From NCBI RefSeq assembly GCF_004010195.1, contig NC_057754.1:5302228-5366227 (forward strand): 64,000 nt of DNA, read 5' to 3'. The notes under the pieces are model-generated. The model was given only the letters and a program-made list of their open reading frames with translations, had not been told where the DNA came from and ran no database searches. Source of the DNA: Chiloscyllium plagiosum. Taxonomy: Eukaryota. Position 1 is the first letter of the stretch. Each line of letters opens with the position of its first letter. Below are positions 35,227-49,000 of this stretch, piece by piece. Position numbers and translations under genes: made by a program.

Positions 35227-38200
35227 GTACGCTCGAAATATCTATTTCGCAAGCCACAAAACTTCTGTCGGGTTTTGTAAATAATGGAAGTTGCGGAAGC
35301 CCCAAGGTCTTTTCCCCCCCAGGGGTTGGGGAGTCCAAAACTAGAGGGCATAGGGTTGGGCCAAAGGGTCTGTTTCCGTGCTGTACATCTCTGTGACTTG
35401 AAGTGAAGGTTGATTTAATGGAACGAATCACAGCTGCACCACACTCCCAGAAGTTTGTACAACAGAGAGGTTACCAGAAAAGCACAGGATATTTTAGTGA
35501 GGTAGAGAGTCTGGAGGAGCTGAGGTGGTTCTCCTTGCAAACATAAGAAATGGAATAGGCCATTCAGCCCATTGAGCCTGCCCCATCACTGAATATGATT
35601 AAAGCTGATCGAACAATTCAGTGCCTATTAATCAACCCATCACCATAACTCAGTACCCCCCTGGTCATCAATCTCCAACTTAAACAAAATCAAAGACTGA
35701 GGTTCCACAGCCTACTGAATTCCAAAGGTTCTCACCTTTCCAGTGAGATTCATCTCGGAGTAAATTCATTTATCCTCATCTCAGACCTAAGTGGCACTCC
35801 TCACATTATAAATTGTGTCTCCTAGTTCTAGCCTGACCATCCAAGGGAAATGCCTTAGCTGCATTGGCCCTGCCTATCCCTTTAAGCATTTTGTATCATT
35901 GAGATCACCTCTCACTCTCCAAACTCGACAGTTTATTCAATCTCTCTCCAAAGGACAAGCCCCACCACCCCGAACACAAGCCTGGTGAACCGTTGCTGCA
36001 ATCCATCTACTTTCCTGAAATAAGGAGACCAAAACTGCACACCTTATTGCTGGTGCAGTCAAATCAAGCTCCGAAACAAGACTTCACTGCTCCTGTACTC
36101 AACACTTCTTACAATGAAGGCCAAATTCCCACTCGCCTTCCTCGTAATTGTTTGCTGTACCTGATGTTTCGCCTTCAGTGAGTTATCATTCAGAATTAAA
36201 AGCCACGCACCACCAGATTATAGTCTAGCAGGTTTATTTGGAAGTACAAGCTTTCGGAGTGTTACTCTTTTGTCAGGTAGCTGGCGTTGTGTGATTTATA
36301 TCTTTGTTCACCCAGGCCCTCCACATCATGGTTATCATTTGGACACTGAGCACAGAATTCTGCTTTTGCCTGCTGTTAAGATTCTAAGGAATTTATCTCC
36401 AAGGGTACTTGGTAGCAATGACATTACACTTGGACCTTGATAAAGGTTGGGGGCAAATTAGCCCCACTTCTGTGGAGGCTCAGTGGTTAACACTGCTGCC
36501 TGACAGCACCAAGGACACAGGCGACTGTTTGCATATTCTCCCCGTATCAGTGTGGGGTTTCCTCCTACAGTCCAACGATGTTCAGGTTAGGGTGGATTGG
36601 CCGAGCTAAATTGCCCCATAGTGCCCAGGGATGTGCATTTTCGGGTGAATTGGCCGTGCTAAATTGTCCCATAGTGCCCAGGCATGTGCAGGTTAGGGTG
36701 GATTGGCTGTGCTAAATTGTTCCATAGTGCCCAGCGATGTGCAAGTTAGGGTGGATTGGCCATGCTAACTTGCCCCATAGTGCCCAGGGATGTGCATTTT
36801 CGGGTGAATTGGCCGTGCTAAATTGTCCCACAGTGCCCAGGGATGTGCAGGTTAGGGTGGATTGGCCATGCTACATTGACCCATCGTGCCCAGGGATGTG
36901 CAGGTTAGGATGGATTGGCCGTGCTAAATTGTCCCATAGTGTCTAGGGATGTGCAGGTTAGGGTGGATTGACCGTGCTAAACTGTTCCATAGTGTCCAGG
37001 GATCTGTAGGTTAGGGTGGATTGACCGTGCTAAACTGTCCCATAGTGTCCAGGGATGTGTAGGTTAGGGTGAATTGGCCATGCTAAATTGCCCCATAGTG
37101 TCCAGGGATGTGCAGGTTAGGGTGGATTGGCCGTGCTAAATTACCCCACAGTGCCCAGGGATGTGCAGATTATGGTGGATTGGCCATGCTAAATTGCCCC
37201 ATAGTGCCCAGTGATGTGCAGGTTAGGGTGGATTGGCCGTGCTAAATTGTCCCACAGTGCCCAGGGATGTGCAGGTTTGGGTGGATTGACCATGCTAAAT
37301 CACCCCATAGTGCCCAGGCCCAGGGATGTGCAGGTTAGGGTGGATTGGCCATGCTAAATTACCCCATCGTGCCCAGGGATATGCAGGTTAGGGTGGATTG
37401 GCCATGCTAAATTACCCCATAGTGCCCAGGGATGTGCTGGTTAGGGTGGATTGGCCAAGCTAAATTGTCCCATAGTGTTCAGGGATGTGCAGATTAGGGT
37501 GGATTGGCCGTGCTAAATTGTCCCATTGTGCCCAAGGATGTACAGGTTAGGGTGGATTGGCAATGTCAAATTACCCCATAGTGCCCAGGGATGTGCAGGT
37601 TAGGGTGGATTGGCCGGGCTAAATTACCCCGTAGTGCCCAGGGATGTGCAGGTTAGGGTGGATTGGCCGTGCTAAATTGTCCCATAGTGTCCAGGGATGT
37701 GCAGGTTAGGGTGGATTGGCCGTGCTAAATTGTCCCATTGTGCCCAGAGATGTGCAGGTTAGGGTGGATTAGCCGTGCTAAATTGTCCCATAGTGCCCAG
37801 GGATGTGCAGGTTAGGGTGGATTGGCCCTGCTAAATTCTCCCATAATGCCCAGCGATTTGCAGGTTAGGGTGGATTGGCCGTGCTAAATTGCCCCAAAGT
37901 GCCCAGGGATGTGCATTTTCGGGTGAATTGGCAGTGCTACATTGCCCCATCGTGCCCAGGGATCTGTAGGTTAGGGTGGATTGAACGTGCTAAACTGTCC
38001 CTTAGTGTCCAGGGATGTGTAGGTTAGGGTGAATTGGCCGTGCTAAATTGTCCCATAGTGCCGAGGGATGTGCAGGTTAGGGTGGATTGGCCATGCTAAA
38101 TTGTCCCATAGTGCCCAGGGATGTGCAGGTTAGGGTGGATTAACCATGGAAATTCTGGGTTACAGGGGTGAGTTGGGGTGGGTTTGGATGGGATGCTGTT

Positions 38201-41200
38201 CAGATGGTCAGGGTGGACCTGATGGGCTGAATGGCCAGCTCCCACCCGGTAGGGATTCTAGGGATTCAATGTGTGCAGGCAAAACTTGGAGCCCGACTGG
38301 TTATTGCCACAGCCAAACGGAAGTGCTGACTCTCAGACTCTGAGCAAACAGGTACATTTGAAGAAGGGGGTCCAGGCATTCATGTCCCTGCTCAAACAAA
38401 TAACACAGCAGCCTTGATCTTATGATCGCGTTCTGACATGAGCTGGAACGCTCGTTGCAACTCTCGAAGCACACGTGTACGCAAAGACCGGAACAAAGTC
38501 CCGCAGATAGGGAGCTCATTTACGAGTTAATCATGAAGCTGGGGTTGTCTGAGGAGCGAACACTGTCCCCAATCGAGACAGCCCTCATGCTGATAAAGCA
38601 GGGTTCTGCCAATTCAATGCTGGTGGGTTAAACTGCCTCCAAGCCTGGCGCTGTTGACCCGGAGATGGAAGGGTCAAGGTGATAGGTCTGTTTGGGTGGT
38701 TCGCCTCCCAGTCTACGCCCAGTCAGTCAGCCAGTCCATCCTTTACATTCTCTCTGAAGGCTGATCAACTCCAGTTGAACTCACGAAGGAATAAAAATGA
38801 ATCCCTCCCACTTGGATTGCTTACCCCTACGAGTTTCCCAAAGGTTAACCTTTCGAGCTGAATGACCAAACCAATCACATCCCGTGCCTGCGAAATCCTT
38901 CGCGCTTCAACAGGTCGGAGTCCAAGGGCAAAGCAGCGAAAGGCCCTTCGGCCTGGCCTTGCTAGCATCGGGAATGCTGTCAAGAACGATCCCAAGAATC
39001 GATAGCTCCGTTCAGTCATTCCCCGGTCCCGCCCACCCCACCCTGCTGGTGAACTTGACATTGACATTCAAGTGAGGTGCCTTTGTATCTTTCATGGTGC
39101 AGGCAGGGATGGTGGCTCAGTGGTTAGCACTGCTGCCTCACGGCGCCAGGGACCCGGGTTCAATCCCACCCTCAGGTGACTGTCTGTGTGGAGTTTGCAT
39201 ATTCTCCCCGTGTCTGTGTGGGGTTTCCTCCGGGTGCTCCGGTTTCCTCCCACAATCCAAAGATGTGCAGGTTAGGGTGGATTGGCCGTGCTAAATTGTC
39301 CCATAGTGTCCAGGGATGTGCAGGGATGTGCAGGTTAGGGTGGATTGGCCGTGCTAAATTGTCCCATAGTGTCCAGGGATGTGCAGGTTAGGGTGGATTT
39401 GCCGTGCTAAATTGTCCCATAGTGCCCAGGGATGTGCAGGTTAGGGTGGATTGGCCGTACTAAATTACCCATAGTGCCCAGTGATGTGCAGGTTAGGGTG
39501 GATTGGCCGTACTAAATTACCCAGAGTGCCCAGGGATGTGCAGGCTATTGTGGATTGGCTGTGCTAAATTGTCCCATAGTGTCTAGGGATGTGTGGGTTA
39601 GGCGTATTAGTTAGGGGTAAATGTAGGTTAGGGAAATGGGCCTGGTTGGGTTCCTCTTCGGATGGTTGGTGTGGACTTGTTGGGCCGAAGGGCCTGTTTC
39701 CACACTGTAGGGATTCTCTGAATATTTAAAGGCATTGAGTATTGGCTGCAGCGAGAGACAAAAATGCAGCTCTGCCAGGAGGAATGAGTCCTCCCCTGGG
39801 GATCTGGACGAGTTGCAGTTTGTTGGAACTGCTGGTGGGACACTGTAATTCCAACAACCCTGCCGCTGAAACGCTGATCATTCATTTCATGTTGTGAATG
39901 TGAAAGCTTCACTCTCAGGACTGGCAGGATTAGCTAGGAAGCCCAGGATCAGCAGGAGGCAATCAACCTACGAAGGGAGTCGATAAGGTAGATGCAGGGA
40001 GGTGGTTTTCACTGGCGGAGAAGGAATGTTTTCACCCAGAGAGTTGTGAATTGGTCGAATTTCCCTGCCCAGGTGAGGCTACCTCGTTGAATGCTTTTAT
40101 TGTGAAGATAGTTGATTTTTGAACAGGAAAGGAATTCAGGGTTATGGAGAGAGTGGGTAAGTGGAGCAGAGTCCATGGAAAGATCAGCCACGATCTTACT
40201 GAATGCTGGAGTAGGCTCGAGGGGGCCAGATGGCCTACTCCTGGTCTTAATTTCTTATGTTCTAACCCCATTCCACTATTCAATTATAGGAAGGCCGATC
40301 TGTGTCTTAACTCCATTTTACCTACCTTGATACTCTGGTGAGTGCATGAGGGGGAAAGGAGTGGGATAGGCTGGTAAGGTGAGGAAGGACTGATATCTAC
40401 ACCCGTGAGGTCTCAGCTGTGCCAAAAGGTCTTTCGTATGTTCTATCATTTAAAAATTTTTCATGGGCTGTGTGCATTAATAGCAAGACTCTTTGGTCAC
40501 TGCCATTCATAGAATCCCTACAGAGTGGAAGCAGGCCATTTGACCAGTCAAGTCCACGCTGTCCCTCCGAAGAGCATCCCACTCCATTTCCTCATGGTTA
40601 ACCCGCCTAGCCTGCATTTTCCTAGACACTGTGGGCAATATAGTACGGCCGATTCACTCTAACCTGCAATTTATGGGACTGTGGGAGGAAACCGGAGCAC
40701 CCGGAGGAAACCCCACGCAGATGTGGGGAGAACATGCAAATTGCACACAGACAGTCATAGAGATGTACAGCACGGAAACAGACCCTTCGGTCCAACCCGT
40801 CCATGGCGTCCAGATATCCCAACCCAATCTAGTCCCATTTGCCAGCACTCGGCCCATATCCCTCCAAACCCTTCCTATTCATGTCCCCATCCAGATGCCT
40901 TTTAAATGTTGCAATTGTACCAGCCTCCACCACTTCCTCTGGCAGCTCATTCCACACATGTACCACCCTCAGTGAAAAGGTTGCCCCTTGGGTCTCTTTT
41001 ATAGCTTTCCCTGCTCACCCTAAACCTATGCCCTCTAGTTCTGGACTCGTCCATCCCAGGGAAAAGACTTTGTCTATTTACCCTATCCATGCCCCTCGTG
41101 ATTTTATAAACCTCTATAAGGTCACCTGTCAGCCTCTGACGCTCCAGGGAAAACAGCGATAGCCTATTTAACCTCTCCCTATAGCTCAAATCTTCCAACC

Positions 41201-42970
41201 TTGGCAACATCCTTGCAAATCTTTTCTGAACCGTTTCAAGTTTCACAACATCTTTCTGATAGGAAGGAAATCAGAATTGCAGGCAATATTCCAACAGTGG
41301 CCTAACCAATGTCCTGTACAGCCGCAACATGACCTCTCAACTCCTGTACTCAATACACCGACCAATAAAGGAAAGCATACCAAACGCCGCCTTCACTATC
41401 CTATCTACTTGCGACTCCACTTTCAAGGAGCTATGAACCTGCACTCCAAGGTCTCTTTGAACCCAGTCCCTGGTACCGTGAGGCAGCAGCACTTAACCAC
41501 TGAGCCACCATGCTGCCAATCACTGGCTGATCTTGAACTGAGGCAATGGCTGAGGGGGATTATCACTGGACTGTTAATCCAGGGACACCCCAGGTATTGC
41601 TCTGGGGACCTGAGTTCAAATCCCACCATGGCAGATGGTGGAGTTTAAATTCAATAAAAATCTGGAATTAAGAATCTAATGATGACGACTGTCGATTGTT
41701 GGGAAAACCCAAATGATGTCCCTTTAGAGAAGGAAACTGCCGTCCTTACCCGGTCTGGCCTACATGTGACTCCAGACCCACAGCAATGTGGTTGACTCTT
41801 AACTGTCCCTCTGGGCAATAAATGCTGGCCCAGCCAGCGACCCCCACATCCCGTGAATGAATTGAATAAAACAAATGAGTGTGCCATTTCAGAGGGAATT
41901 TTAAGAGCCAACTGCATTGCAATGGATCTGGAGTCACATGTTGGCTAGACCAGGTAAGGCTAGCAGATATCCCTCCCCGAAGGGCATTAGTGAACGCATG
42001 GGTTTTTACAACAATTGACACCAATTTCATCGGCACCAATTTCATCGGTGACTTTATTGAAACATTCAAGATTCTTAGGGGGCTTGACAGGGTAAAGTTT
42101 GGTTCCCCTTGTGGGAGAGTCAAGGACCAGAGGGCGTCATCTCAGAATAAGGGCGTTACCCACTGAAGACAGAGATGAGAAGGAATTTCTTCCCTTTGAG
42201 GGGAGTTAATCTGTGGAATCCTTTACCATAGAGGGCTGTCGAGGCTGGGGTCATTAAGTAGATTCAAGGCTGAGATAGGTTTTTAAAGCAGGAGGGTAAA
42301 AGGCAGGGAAGTGGAGTTCAAGATGATCAGATCAGCCATTGAATGGGGGAGCAGCGTCGATGGACTGAATGGCCTACTTCTCGCCATTATGATCTTATGG
42401 CCTCATTCTAATCAAATTAAACTTTTGCCAGCTGTAACTCTGCATGTGGAACTCTAACAAAGGGCATCCTCAGTTGGAGTTCTCCTCCCAACCTACGTCC
42501 GCCCTAGAATTCCAGTATCCTCTGGGTGAGATCAGCGTGAACGGCTCAGCTCTGGCTTTCAGCTTTGTGTCATGATCTGGAATGTGGAATCCACAATGCC
42601 TTGCTTTGACACTCCAGGGGGCAATTGAGCGCTGGTGCTGCCAGTTTCAGTGCAAAGCATAAAACCCGCGGGTGACCCAATACCGGTCAGTTTTGAGTGA
42701 CTCCCCCAGCACCCCTTCGCTTATGGCCTGTTTTTAGGAGGCTCGCTGCTGCTTGCGATGCGATTTCCCGAACTACACGGGTTCCATTCTTGTTTTTGAC
42801 AGTGGGACCTCGTCTGCAACAGTAAGTCTCTGAGACAAATGGTGCAGTCTGTCTACATGGGTGGAGTGCTGGCGGGGTCTATCGTACTGGGATGGCTTTC
42901 AGACAGGTAAGGCCCAGTGGGAGAGGTAAGCTGCAAATGCAGAGCTCTCCCTCTCTCTCTCTCTCACTCT

Positions 42971-43004
<34 letters not shown>

Positions 43005-46000
43005 GAGTTGAAGTCGCCAGGTTAATAAAAAAGGGTGGTTCCCAACAAGGGCCTGAGTCAAGAAGTGTGACGCTGGAAAAGCACAGCCGGTCAGGCAGCA
43101 TCTGAGGAGCAGGAGAGTCGACATTTGGAACATCAGGAATTGGGGAGGGGAGGTGTGGGTGGCTAAGAGATAAATGGGAGGTGGAGTGAGGGTGGGGGGA
43201 AGGTAGCTGGGAATGCGATAGGTGGATGAAGGTGGGGGTGATGGCGATAGGTCAGAGAGGAGGGTGGAACGGATAAGTGGGGAGCAAGACGGACAGGTAG
43301 GACAGTTCAAGAGGGCGGTGCCGAGTTGGAGGGTTGGAGCTGGGAGGAGTGGGGGGAGGGGAGATGAGGAATCCACATTGATTCCGTGTGGTTGGAGGGT
43401 CCCAAGGTGGAAGGTGAGGCATTCTTCCTCCAGGCGTTGGGTTCCCAACGGGGAGGCCAAACGTTGGATTTTGCGTTCGGAAAATGGAGCAATACCCGTG
43501 ACGTGCCCGTCAGCGATGTTTCGGGAGGCAGCTTGCAATAAAGATGGTACCAAGGCAGAAGACAGCATAACATACGGTTCTGGTTGCCTCCTGTTTACTA
43601 ACCCTCTCCCACCCCCATCCCCACATTTAGGTTCCTCGCTCCCTTCGCTTCATTCCGCCCACTCCCTCCTTGCTTCCACGGGAGGATCGGAGTGGACGAA
43701 GTGAGCCAGTTGTGAAGGAGGTGACGAGGGCTCATGGGAGCAATGGGGGAGGGGGAGCGGAATGTGGCGGTCGGGGGGGGGGCAAGCAGAGAGGGGAGGG
43801 GGAGGGACTGGCATGGAGACTCGGGAAGAAGCGAGATTGCAGACGGGAGGCAGGAGGAAGTGACAGAGGCAGCGAAGTCGTTGGTAAATGGGGAAGGAAA
43901 CTCTCCGCTGGTTGGAGTCAAGCAAAGCAAGATGGCTGTGGATGTTGGAGGCCAGTCATCTCAGTTCCAGGACGTCACTGAAGGTTTTTTTTCAATTCAT
44001 TCATGGGGTAAGGGTGTCGCTGGCTAGGTCAGCACATATTGCCCATCCCTAATTGCCCAGAGGCAGAGTCATAGTGTCATAGTCATGGAGATGTACAGCA
44101 CAAAACAGACCCTTTGGTCCAACCTGTCCATGTTAACCAGATATCCCAACCCAATCTAGTCCCACCTGCCAGCACCCGGCCTATATCCCTATAAACTTCC
44201 CCTCTCACCCTAAACCTATGCCCTCTAGTTCTGGACTCCCCTACCCCAGGAAAAAGACTTTCTCTATTTATCCTATCTATGCCCCTCATAATTTTGTAAA
44301 CCTGAATAAGGTCACCCCTCAGCCTCCGACGCTTCAGGGAAAACAGCCCCAGCCTGTTCAGCCTCTCCCTGTAGCTCAAACCCTCCAACCCTGGCAACAT
44401 CCTTGGAAATCTTTTCTGAACCCTTTCAAGTTTCATTAGATTTTTAATGAATTCAAATTCCACCGTCTGCCATGGCAGGGATTTGAACCCAGGTCCTCCG
44501 AACATTAGCTGGGTCTCTGGATTAATAGTTAAGTGATAATACCACTAGACCATTGACCCCCCTTCACCCTACTTCCCCAATTAAAAGTAGTCAGCTCCAT
44601 TGAAAGGTCTTGGCTATGGAAGGGACCAGACTTTGTCATAACTGGAGAAAATGAACTGCCTATCTAACATATGCTGCTTGATTGAAAGCAACATGATCCC
44701 TGGGATTTACGTAATGTCCCCAACCTCATCCTCATGGCTCCAAGGACCTGGGTTTGATTCCACCATCGGGCGACTGTCTGTGTTCTTCCTGTGTCTGCGT
44801 GGGTTTGCCCCGGATGCTCTGGTTTCCTGCCACAGTGCAAAGATGTGCAGGTTAGGGTGGATTGGCCGTGTTAAATTACCCCATAGTGTCCAGGGATGTG
44901 CAGGTTAGGGTGGATTGGCCGTGCTAAATTGTCCCATAGTGCCCAGGGATGTGCAGGTTAGGGTGGATTGGTCGTGCTAAATTGTCCCATAGTGTCCCAG
45001 GGATGTGCAGGTCAGGGTGGATTGGCCGTGCTAAATTGTCCCATAGTATCCAGGGATGTGCAAGTTAGGGTGGATTGGCCATGCTAAATTTCCCCATAGT
45101 GTCCAGGGATGTACAGGTGAGGGTGGATTCGCCATGCTAAATTGTCCCATAGTGTCCTGGGATGTGCAGGTCAGGGTGGACTGGCCGTGCTAAATTGTCC
45201 CATAGTGCCCAGGGATGTGCAGGTTAGGGTGGATTGGCCGTGCTAAATTATCCCATAGTGCCCAGGGATGTGCAGGTTAGGGTGGATTGGCCATGCTAAA
45301 TTATCCCATAGTGTCCAGGGATGTGCAGGTTAGGGTGGATTGGCCGTGCTAAATTATCCCATAGTGCCCAGCGATGTGCAGGTAAGGGTGGATTGGCCGT
45401 GCTAAATTATTCCATAGTGTCCAGCAATGTGCAGGTTAGGATGGATTGGCTATGCTAAATTGTCCCATGGTGTCCAGGGATGTGCAGGTTAAGGTGTATT
45501 GGCCGTGCTAAACTGTCCCATAGTGTCCAGGGATGTGCAGGTTAGGGTGGATTGGCCGTGCTAAATTATCCCATAGTGCCCAGGGATGTGCAGGTTAGGG
45601 TGGATTGGCCGTGCTAAATTGTCCCATAGTGTCCAGGGATGTGCAGGTTAGGGTGGATTGGCCGTGCTAAACTGTGCCATAGTGTCCAGGGATGTACAGG
45701 TTAGGGTGGATTGGCCGTCCTAAATTGTTCCATAGTGCCCAGGGATGTGCAGGTTAGGGTAGATTGGCCTGCGCTAAATTGTCCCATAGTGCCCAGGGAT
45801 ATGGAGGTTAGGGTGGATTGGCTGTGCTAAATTGTCCCATAGTGTCCCAGGGATGTGCAGGTCAGGCTGGATTGGCCGTGCTAAATTGTCCCACAGTGTC
45901 CAGGGATGTCCAAGTTAGGGTGGATTGGCCATGCAAAATTGTCCCATAGTGTACAGGGATGTACAGGTTAGGGTGGATTGGCCGTGCTAAATTGTCCCGT

Positions 46001-49000
46001 AGTGTCCTGGGATGTGCAGGTTAGGGTGGACTGGCCGTGCTAAATTGTCCCATAGTGCCCAGGGATGTGCAGGTTAGGGTGGATTGGCCGTGCTAAATTG
46101 TCCCATAGTGCCCAGGGATGTGCAGGTTAGGGTGGATTGGCCGTGCTAAATTGTCCCATAGTGCCCAGGGATGTGCGGGTTAGGGTGGATTGGCCGTGCT
46201 AAATTGTCCCATAGTGCCCAGGGATGGGCAGGTTAGGATGGATTCGCCATAGTAAATTGTCCCATAGTGCCCAGGGATGTGCAGGTTAGGGTGGATTGGC
46301 CGTGCTAAATTGTCCCATAGTGTCCAGGGATGTGCAGGTTAGGGTGGATTGGCCATGCTAAATTGCCCCATAGTATCTAAGCACATGTAAATTCGGTGGA
46401 TGAGCCAGTGGAAATACAAGGATAGGGTTTGGGGGAGGTGAGTCTGGATGGGATGCTCTTTGGAGGGCCACTGTGGACTTGTTGGGCTGAATGGCCTGTT
46501 TCCACACTGTAGGGATTCTATGGAACTTGAAGTTGCAAACAGGACAACCTCATGGATTAGGCAATCAGCCTCTCCTCAGGCACCCTGCACAGGAGCTTCT
46601 GCGACAGTTCAGCGCTGGCTCAGAGTCCAGTAATAGCTGGAAGATCAGGGTCTAAAGGTCACGCCCAACACCAATGAAAGACTCAACAGAGCCCGCTCCA
46701 AAGATTAACCTTCATGAGATCGTGGGCGGGTGAAGCAGCTAGCAAATCGGGTGCAAGGCTTGTGATGAAGGAAGTCGCTTTGTCTGAATGTGTTTATCAT
46801 TGACAGGTTCGGGAGGCGGAGTCTCCTGCTGTGGTCCCACTTCCAGATGGCAGTGTCGGGAACCTGCGCTGCGTTCTCCTCCTCCTATCCCTTGTTCTGC
46901 TTCTGGAGGTTTCTCTGTGGGATGGCACTGTCAGGGATTATCCTCAACATCTTCTGCCTGAGTACGTGGAAAGTTAAGCTCTTGTCATTTCCTAGTTACT
47001 TCCCTGACCACAGCCCATGAGAAAAAAAAAAGCAAGGGCTCAAAAGGTCTTATGAATACCTGTGTGGATAATTCTGCTTCTATTTTTAATGTCATAGAAT
47101 CCCTACAATACAGGAGCAGGTCCTTTGGCCCACCTGACTCTCCAAATAGCATCCTACTCCATCCCTCCCTATTGCTATGATTCATCCGCCTAGCCTGCAC
47201 ACAATGGGGCAACTTAGCACAGCCGATCCCCCCTAAACTGCACACCTTTGGACTGTGGGAGGAAACCAGGGCACCCGGAGGGGATCTGCACAGACACAGG
47301 GAGAACGTGCAAACTCCACACAGGCAGTCACCCGAGGCTGAGCCACCACACACACAGAGTGCTCCACCTTTTGGAGCTCCTTGGCCACTATCTGAAAAAC
47401 TGTTAGACGGTTTGTTCAGTCCATATTTTTACCCTTAATCATAAAAGTCATCGCTGTTCACTGCCGGGATAAATCATCTGTGGTGATTGATTATATTTGA
47501 TCAGTACGTACGTTTCAAAGGCAATTCATTGGCTTTGAGTAGTTTTGGGATACATTGTGAGCTCATGAGTGACCATGAGATATAAAAATGGAAGTGATTT
47601 GTATCGTTGAGTTAACACCATGAATCTCTCACTTAAATCCCTCCAGGTCTTGAATGGATCCCGATGAGAGTGCGAACCATGGTTTCAACTTATTTCAATT
47701 ATTCCTACACATTTGGTCAGCTGATCCTGGCTGGCATAGCTTTCGCAATCCGAGACTGGCGCTGGCTTCAGTTCACCGTGGCTGTTCCGTTTTATATCTT
47801 CTTTCTGTCCTCATGGTAAAGTCTAGCCCTACTGGCAGGAGGGGATGAGGAGGGGGGTGTGGAGGGAGTGAGATCAGGAGTCACCAAGACACCTCATCAG
47901 GGCAACGTCAAAGAACAAAGAGCAGCCCTTCGGCCCTCCAAGCCTGTGCTGACACATTCTGCCTTTCCATACCACCTTCCCTTACAGGATCCATCTCCCT
48001 TTAGTCCTTTCCTCGTTCATGTATTTGTCCAGGTGCTTCTGGAATACAGCTACTGTGTCTGCTTCCACTACCTGGCAGCGTGTTCCAGCCACTCCCCATC
48101 CTTTCTGTGAGAAATTTGCTTCGCATATCTCCTTTAAATGTTCCCCTCCCCATCTCACCTTGAACCTGTGTCCCCTAGTAATTGACCCCTCCACCCTGGG
48201 AAAAAGCCTCACACTTTTCATTCTATCCATTGCCATTCACACAATCTTACAAACTTCTACCAGGTCGCCCCTCAACCTCCTGCGTTGCAGTGAAAACAAA
48301 CCCAGTGAGTCCCCTGCATGTGATGGCACTCGCTCCTGCCATTGAGGGTTACTGACAGAGAAAGTGAATGTTCAGGGCGTTTCTTGCAGCACCGGTTGAG
48401 TGGGCTGTTTTGACATGGGTGGTGGTGCTGGACTTCTTTAGTGTTGCTGGAGCTGTATGCGTCGAGTCATAGAGCTGTACAGCATGGAAACTGACCCTTC
48501 GGTCCTCTTCGTCCATGCAGACCAGGTATCCTAGATTAATTTAGTCCCATTTGCCAACATTGGGTCCATATCCCTTCATACTCATGACACCATCCAGATG
48601 CCTTTTAAATGTTGTCATTGTACCAGCCTCCATCACTTCCTCTGGCAGCTCATTCCATACATGTGGGAAAAATCGCCCCTTAAGGTCTCTTTTAAATCTT
48701 TCCTCTCTCATCTTAAACCTATGTCCCTCTAGTTTTGGACTCCCCCACCCCAGTGAAAAGACCTTGTCTATTCACCCTATCCATGCCCCCTCATGATTTT
48801 ATAGACCTCTATAAGGTCACCCCTCAGCCTCCGACGCTCCAGGGAAAACAGCCCCAGCCTGTTCAGCCTCTCCCTGTAGCTCAAACCCTCCAACTCCGGC
48901 AACAACCTTGTAAATGATGTACAAGATGATCAGATGATTAGATAGGGTAGACAGTGAAAGTCTTTTTCCGAAGAATGATGACGTTGGTGTGTATGAGGGG

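Noticed and set aside
36577..38145. Regular repeat arrays (also 44841-46380 and 14110-16135) as CRISPR arrays
   Set aside because: Units are head-to-tail with no unique spacers, there are no cas genes, and the context is eukaryotic.
39105..39175. tRNA gene
   Set aside because: The A/B boxes belong to a SINE head that continues into the SINE body; many copies in the window.
42822..42827. Internal GTAAGT donor in SLC22 exon 2
   Set aside because: Its use would shift the frame; homology supports the donor at 42907.
42879..43568. 229-aa minus-strand ORF as a gene
   Set aside because: Composite of a Penelope-like remnant, a (GA)n tract and antisense exon 2.
43440..43930. CpG/G-rich stretch as an internal promoter
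   Set aside because: No associated exon or start found; it could be an unrecognised repeat.
44841..46380. Interstitial telomere
   Set aside because: Only one TTAGGG per 53-bp unit; not tandem hexamers.
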